This document shows positions 59,514-64,000 of a stretch of DNA of 64,000 nucleotides, in pieces. Numbering within the stretch: position 1 is the stretch's first letter; every line of letters starts with the position of its first letter. Location of the stretch: positions 8,256,001 to 8,320,000 of the forward strand of contig OY970303.1 of the NCBI GenBank assembly GCA_963716255.1, given 5' to 3'. Under the pieces are notes generated by a model. It was not told the origin of the DNA and ran no database searches. It was given only the letters and a program-made list of their open reading frames with translations. The DNA comes from an uncultured Gemmatimonadales bacterium (GTDB taxonomy: Bacteria; Gemmatimonadota; Gemmatimonadetes; Longimicrobiales; Longimicrobiaceae). The position numbers and the translations under genes were made by a program.

Positions 59514-59963
59514 TCACGTCACCATCACCCCCTCCACCGCGCACAGCAACTCGTCCCCCTCCCACGGCACAGGCAGCAGCCGCCCCACCCGCAGCCGCCG
59601 CGCCCACCACAGGTCCGCCTCCTCCGGCTGGCTGACCAGCGCCACCACCCCCACCGCCTCCGTCCGCGGATCGTCCCGCAGCCGCCGCACCGTCATCCAG
59701 CCGTTGTCGCGCGGGTCGCGCACGTCCACCACGACCGCGTCCGGCGGGAACATCCCCGCCATCTCCGTGGGCAGCTCCCCCGCGGGCGGCTCGATCACGG
59801 TGAAGAGCGAGCGCAGCAGCATCCCGCGGATCGCGTTGCGCAACGGCTCCTCCGCGATGGCGAGCACCACCGTGGGACGCCGCGTGGCCTCCTCCCAGAC
59901 CGCGTCCACGATCTGCTCGATGGTGGCGGGCGGGACGCCGGTGTTCGGCCGGGGACGGTTCAT
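59514..59963 (-). CDS. Atypical stand-alone receiver-domain protein
   Basis: PDAVVVDV..P..NGW..VRRLR.DPRT..V.VV.L pattern; lacks the DD pocket and conserved Lys. Confidence 0.7.
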   Translation of the reverse strand: MNRPRPNTGVPPATIEQIVDAVWEEATRRPTVVLAIAEEPLRNAIRGMLLRSLFTVIEPPAGELPTEMAGMFPPDAVVVDVRDPRDNGWMTVRRLRDDPRTEAVGVVALVSQPEEADLWWARRLRVGRLLPVPWEGDELLCAVEGVMVT

Positions 59964-60154
59964 CGGTTCCTCCGCAGCAGTCCGGTGATGCGGACGGCGC
60001 GAACCGCCGCCTCCGCGCGCGCGGCGCCCTGCCCCGCACCCGCATTCCCCTCGGCCCCGCGGTCCACCGCCTGAGCGCGCCAGGCAGGACGCACGGCAGC
60101 CGTCCAGCGCAGCGGCACCGGGATGTGGTCGATGGGAGAGCGCACGCCGTTCAT
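59960..60154 (-). CDS. Small hypothetical protein
   Basis: Fills the gap exactly: starts 1 nt after the upstream stop and overlaps the next start (ATGA). Confidence 0.45.
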   Translation of the reverse strand: MNGVRSPIDHIPVPLRWTAAVRPAWRAQAVDRGAEGNAGAGQGAARAEAAVRAVRITGLLRRNR

Positions 60155-60155
60155 C

Positions 60156-60602
60156 TCACCCCTCCGTGATCCGTTCCACCAGGTCCAGCAGCCCGTCCGG
60201 ATCGAACGGGACCGCGACCAGGCAGTCCACCTCGAACTCCCGCGCCCGGCGTCGATCCGCCTCGCGCGGCGCCGACACCAGCCCCAGCACCGGCACCCCG
60301 TCCGTCCGCGCGTCCTCGCGGAGCCGGCGCACCGCCGCCCACCCGTCCGGCGTGCGCACGTCCGCCAGCACCGCGTCCGGAGCGGCAGCCTCCACCGCGT
60401 CCGCAGACAGCTCCCCCGAGAATGGCTCCACCACCGTGCACAGCGACCTCACCAGCGCCCGCCGCGACGAGTCGCGCAGCGCCTCGTCGCCGATGGCGAG
60501 CAGCACCGTGGGGCGGCGCTCCGTCTCCGCCCACACCACGTCCACGATCCGCTGGATCACCGCGGCCGGGACCTTCCCTCCGCGCGCGTAGGGGAGGCTC
60601 AC
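60156..60602 (-). CDS. Atypical stand-alone receiver-domain protein (paralog of 59514-59963)
   Basis: GTG overlaps the ligD stop; VP.A.I..IVD.VW.E..RRPTV.LAI, PDAVLADV..PDGW..VRRLR. Confidence 0.7.
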   Translation of the reverse strand: MSLPYARGGKVPAAVIQRIVDVVWAETERRPTVLLAIGDEALRDSSRRALVRSLCTVVEPFSGELSADAVEAAAPDAVLADVRTPDGWAAVRRLREDARTDGVPVLGLVSAPREADRRRAREFEVDCLVAVPFDPDGLLDLVERITEG

Positions 60603-63331
60603 CGTCCCCCCTTGAGCAGCCCAGAAAGCTTGTTCGGGCGCTTCATCGCCTCCGCCCACAGGTCCCCCACCTCCGCCACCCGCTCCGGCACCGTGTCCAT
60701 GGTGAACGCCTTGAGGCTCAGATCGTCCGTCAGCTCGTCCCAGCGGAGCGGCGTGGAGACCGTGGCCCCCGGCTTCGCGCGCACCGCGTACACCCCCGCC
60801 ACCGTCTTTCCCAGGATGTTCTGGAGGTAGTCCACGTACACCGTCCCCCGCGGCCGGCGGCGCGTCATCCGCTCCACGGTGGCGGCCTCCGGGTGGAGCG
60901 CCGCGACCCGCGTGGCGACGATCTGGGCCACCAGCGTGGCGGCCTCCAGCGGCGTCCGGGGCGGGAGGGGGAGGTAGATGTGCAGCCCGGAGGAGCCCGA
61001 CGTCTTCAACGCGCCGTGAAGGCCGAAGCGGTCCAGCTCCTCGCGGACCCAGCGGGCCACCTGGATCACCCGGCGGAAGCTCGCGCCGGGGCCCGGGTCC
61101 AGGTCCAGGATGGTGTAGTCGGCGAAGTCCAGCCGCCCGACCCGCGAGTGCCACGGGTCGTAGGAGACCGCTCCCAGCTGGATGGTGTGGAGAAGCGTGG
61201 CCAGGCTGCCGCCCACGAAGCGGCGCTGCGACGCGCCGCCCTCGCTCACGATCGTCTCCACCCGCACCCCCGGCGGCACCTCGTCCGGCGCGGACTGCTG
61301 GTAGAACGCCTCGCCCCCGATTCCGTCGGGGAAGCGCCTCAGCACCAGCGGCCGGTCCTTCATGGAAGGGAGGATATATTGCGCCATCCGGGCGTAATAA
61401 GCCAGGAGGTCCCCCTTGGTCCGCTTGGGACGGGTGAAGAACGCCTTCCCCAGGTTGGACACCTCCAGCCGCCCCCCCGCCAGCTCCAGCACCCCCTCGC
61501 CCCCCGCCGCCCGCACCGCCTCCACCTGCCCAACCACGTCCACCGCCCCCTTCCCCGCCCCGCGCCGCGCCCGCTTCTTCGCCCCGCCCGTCCGCGCCGC
61601 CCCGACACCCGCACTCGCCGTCTCCGCATCCACCTCGCCCACCGCCGACGACGACGCGGCCGGACCCACCGGCTCCCGCACCACGTCCCGGGCGTCCTTG
61701 TCGTCGCGCACCCCCAGGAACACCGGCTGCCGGAGCCTGCCCTCCGCCGTCCACTGGTTGAAGCGCACCTCCACCACCACCCGCGGCGACACCCAGTGCG
61801 CCGGCTGGTTGGTCTGCACCCGCGCCGAGAAGGGCGGCGTCTTCCGCTCCAGCGGCCCCAGCCGCCGCGCCATGTCCACCAGCCCCTTGCGTGTGAACCC
61901 CGTGCCCGTGTGCCCGGCGTAGACGAACTTCCCCTCGCCGTCGTAGTAGCCAAGCAGCAGCGCGCCGATGTGCTGCCGCGAGTTGCGCGGCTCCGTCCAC
62001 CCGCCCACCACGAACTCCTGCCGGTGCTCCAGCTTCAGCTTGCGCCAGGCGGAGGAGCGCTCCCCCGGCGTATACGTCGCGTCCGTGCGCTTCGCCACCA
62101 CACCCTCCCACCCCTCCGCCCGCCCCCGCTCCAGCAGCGCGTCGCGGTCCGCCGTCGTCTCCCCCAATCGCAGACGCTCCGTCGTGCGGCCGCGCAGCAG
62201 CGCCTCCAGGGCGGTGCGCCGGTCCGTCCACGGCGCCGCCGTCCACACCTCGTCCCCGTCCAGCAGCACGTCGAACACCACCAGCGACACCGGCGCGTCC
62301 GCCGCCCCCCGGCGGATCTCCCGGTCGTCGTCCTGGTGCATCCGCCCCTGGATCTCCCCGAACCGCCCCGGCCGCCCCCCTTCCGATACCGCCACCACCT
62401 CGCCATCCAGCACCACGGGCCGCCCCACTTCGGCCGCGAGTGCTCGCAGCGCGTCGGCCGCTTCCGGGAACTGCCGTGCCTTGTCGTTGCCGTTGCGCGT
62501 CAGCAGCACCGCCGAGTCCGCCGTGGCGAAGGCGAGCACCCGGATGCCGTCGTACTTGGGCTCGAAGGTCCACCCCTCGCCCCCGGGCGCCTGCGCCGCC
62601 GGCGTGGCCAGCATGGGCCGAAGCGAGGAAAGGTCCGGGAGCGCCGTCTCCTCGTGCTTCGGCTGCCGGGCCGGGGCCGGCGCGCCCGGCTTCGCGCGGT
62701 TGGAGCGCCAGGTGCGCCTGCCGCCCTTGCCCGCCGCGATTTCCTCCATCGTCCGTCCCGAATCCACCGACGTGGCCGCCTCCGCCGTCAGGTCGCGCGC
62801 CGGGTCCGCCGTTTCGTCGTCGTGCTTCACCAGCAGCCACTGCGGCTTGCCGTCCTCCTCGTCGCCCCGGCGCGTCCGCACCAGCGCCCACGAGCCGCGC
62901 AGCCGCTCGCCGTGAAAGGTGACGGAGACCCTGCCGCGCCGATGCGCCGCCAGCAGCGCCCGCCCCGGGTCCTTCTCCGGCGCCGCGTCGTCCACGGTGT
63001 AGGTGCCGCGGTCCCAGAGCATCACCGTGCCGCCCCCGTACTCCCCGCGGGGGATGGTCCCCTCGAAGGCGTTGTAGTCCATGGGGTGGTCCTCCACCTC
63101 CACCGCCAGACGCTTCACCGCCGGGTCCAGGCTGGGCCCCCTGGGGACCGCCCAGCTCTTCATCACCCCGCCCGCCTCCAGGCGCAGGTCGTAGTGGAGG
63201 TGGCTGGCCGCGTGCTTCTGCACCACGAAGGCGAGCCCGGCGGCCGCGCCGCGGCCCGGGGCCCCGCGGGGCTCCGGCGTCCTGCGGAAGTCGCGCTTTC
63301 GCCGGTACTCGGCGAGGGAGGAGCCGGGCAT
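60599..63331 (-). CDS. ligd: NHEJ DNA ligase D (phosphoesterase-ligase-polymerase)
   Basis: Y..KRDF..TPEP, QKHAA..LHYD.RLE, EPKYDGIR, EGVVAK, DLDP, KTSGS.GLH, VSTPL.W.E. Confidence 0.96.
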   Translation of the reverse strand: MPGSSLAEYRRKRDFRRTPEPRGAPGRGAAAGLAFVVQKHAASHLHYDLRLEAGGVMKSWAVPRGPSLDPAVKRLAVEVEDHPMDYNAFEGTIPRGEYGGGTVMLWDRGTYTVDDAAPEKDPGRALLAAHRRGRVSVTFHGERLRGSWALVRTRRGDEEDGKPQWLLVKHDDETADPARDLTAEAATSVDSGRTMEEIAAGKGGRRTWRSNRAKPGAPAPARQPKHEETALPDLSSLRPMLATPAAQAPGGEGWTFEPKYDGIRVLAFATADSAVLLTRNGNDKARQFPEAADALRALAAEVGRPVVLDGEVVAVSEGGRPGRFGEIQGRMHQDDDREIRRGAADAPVSLVVFDVLLDGDEVWTAAPWTDRRTALEALLRGRTTERLRLGETTADRDALLERGRAEGWEGVVAKRTDATYTPGERSSAWRKLKLEHRQEFVVGGWTEPRNSRQHIGALLLGYYDGEGKFVYAGHTGTGFTRKGLVDMARRLGPLERKTPPFSARVQTNQPAHWVSPRVVVEVRFNQWTAEGRLRQPVFLGVRDDKDARDVVREPVGPAASSSAVGEVDAETASAGVGAARTGGAKKRARRGAGKGAVDVVGQVEAVRAAGGEGVLELAGGRLEVSNLGKAFFTRPKRTKGDLLAYYARMAQYILPSMKDRPLVLRRFPDGIGGEAFYQQSAPDEVPPGVRVETIVSEGGASQRRFVGGSLATLLHTIQLGAVSYDPWHSRVGRLDFADYTILDLDPGPGASFRRVIQVARWVREELDRFGLHGALKTSGSSGLHIYLPLPPRTPLEAATLVAQIVATRVAALHPEAATVERMTRRRPRGTVYVDYLQNILGKTVAGVYAVRAKPGATVSTPLRWDELTDDLSLKAFTMDTVPERVAEVGDLWAEAMKRPNKLSGLLKGGR

Positions 63332-63334
63332 GCG

Positions 63335-64000
63335 TCAGGCGCTCTTCCGCTTGGCCGTCTTCTTGGCGGCCGGCGCGGACGCCGCCTTCTTCTTCGCCGC
63401 CGCGGGCTTCGCGCCGCCTTTCTTTTCCAGGCTCTTCTGCAGGCGCTCCATCAGGTCGATGACCCCCGTGGGCTCCGGCTCCGCCGCCTCCTTGAGGACC
63501 ACCTTCTTGCCCTTGAGCTTGGCGTTGATGATCCGCTGCAGGTTGGCGTGGTACTCGTCCTTGTACTTGGCCGGCTCGAACTCGCCGGTGAGGCTGGTGA
63601 CCAGCTGCTCCGCCATCTTCAGTTCCTGCGGGCGGATCCCGTCCGCGACCGGGAACGAGAACTCGGTCTGCTCCACCACCTCGCTCGCGAAGCGCATCAG
63701 GTCCAGCACCAGCGCCTCCCCCACCACCTTCACGCCGGCCAGGTACTGCTTCTGCCGCAGGGTGATGGTGCCGATCCCCACCGTCCCCGTCTCCCGCATG
63801 GCCTCGCGGAGGAGCGCGTACGCCTTGCCGCCCTGGCCGGTGGGCACCAGGTAGTAGGGCTTCTCGAAGTAGCGCGGGTCGATCTCGTCCTCGCGCACGA
63901 AGTCCTGGATGTCGAAGGTCTTGGAGGTGGCGAGCGCCGCCTTCTTGAAGTCGTCCTCGCTCAGCACCACGAACTTCCCCTTCTCGTACTCGAAGCCCTT
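63335..64000 (-). CDS. ku: Ku protein (5' end outside the window)
   Basis: KG.EY.KG..V, YFEKPYYL.P, AY.LLREA, E..MA..L, F.P.KY.DEY, VIDLM..L..SL, basic tail. Confidence 0.95.
   Translation of the reverse strand, partial: KGFEYEKGKFVVLSEDDFKKAALATSKTFDIQDFVREDEIDPRYFEKPYYLVPTGQGGKAYALLREAMRETGTVGIGTITLRQKQYLAGVKVVGEALVLDLMRFASEVVEQTEFSFPVADGIRPQELKMAEQLVTSLTGEFEPAKYKDEYHANLQRIINAKLKGKKVVLKEAAEPEPTGVIDLMERLQKSLEKKGGAKPAAAKKKAASAPAAKKTAKRKSA

Overview
GC-rich bacterial chromosome segment. Gene content and order suggest Gemmatimonadota (Longimicrobium-like); this is inference. (1) 1-~20640 is the right part of an integrated island that continues off the left edge. It carries an FGE/sulfatase/HAD/porin cargo operon, two-component and AraC regulators, a decayed conjugation remnant (frameshifted virD4, virB10 fragment), a 5'-truncated tyrosine integrase and a complete tRNA-Leu(UAA). 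The island ends at a recombinase-type dyad centred on the anticodon loop of a second, broken tRNA-Leu(UAA), so the element appears to have split the host tRNA and supplied a replacement. (2) ~20690-49750 is core housekeeping: rpe, rpiA, two paralogous outer-membrane proteins, secG-tpiA-pgk-gap, comF, aroE, ispD, radA, dnaB, udg, coaBC, rpoZ, gmk, yicC, pepA, icd, gltA, an ECF sigma factor, a DksA-like gene and tRNA-Leu(CAA). A family of co-varying structured repeats occurs here and once in the next block: four Flavo-1-like elements and a six-hairpin inverted array between gap and pgk that shares the same hairpin module. (3) 49911-56927 is a TetR-led acyl-CoA catabolic operon. (4) ~57140-59400 is a low-GC islet encoding an ABC-type ATPase plus a DUF4276/TOPRIM-like protein, a candidate defence pair. 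(5) 59514-64000 is a Ku-LigD NHEJ operon extended by two atypical receiver-domain genes. All calls are by eye from motifs; no searches were run.
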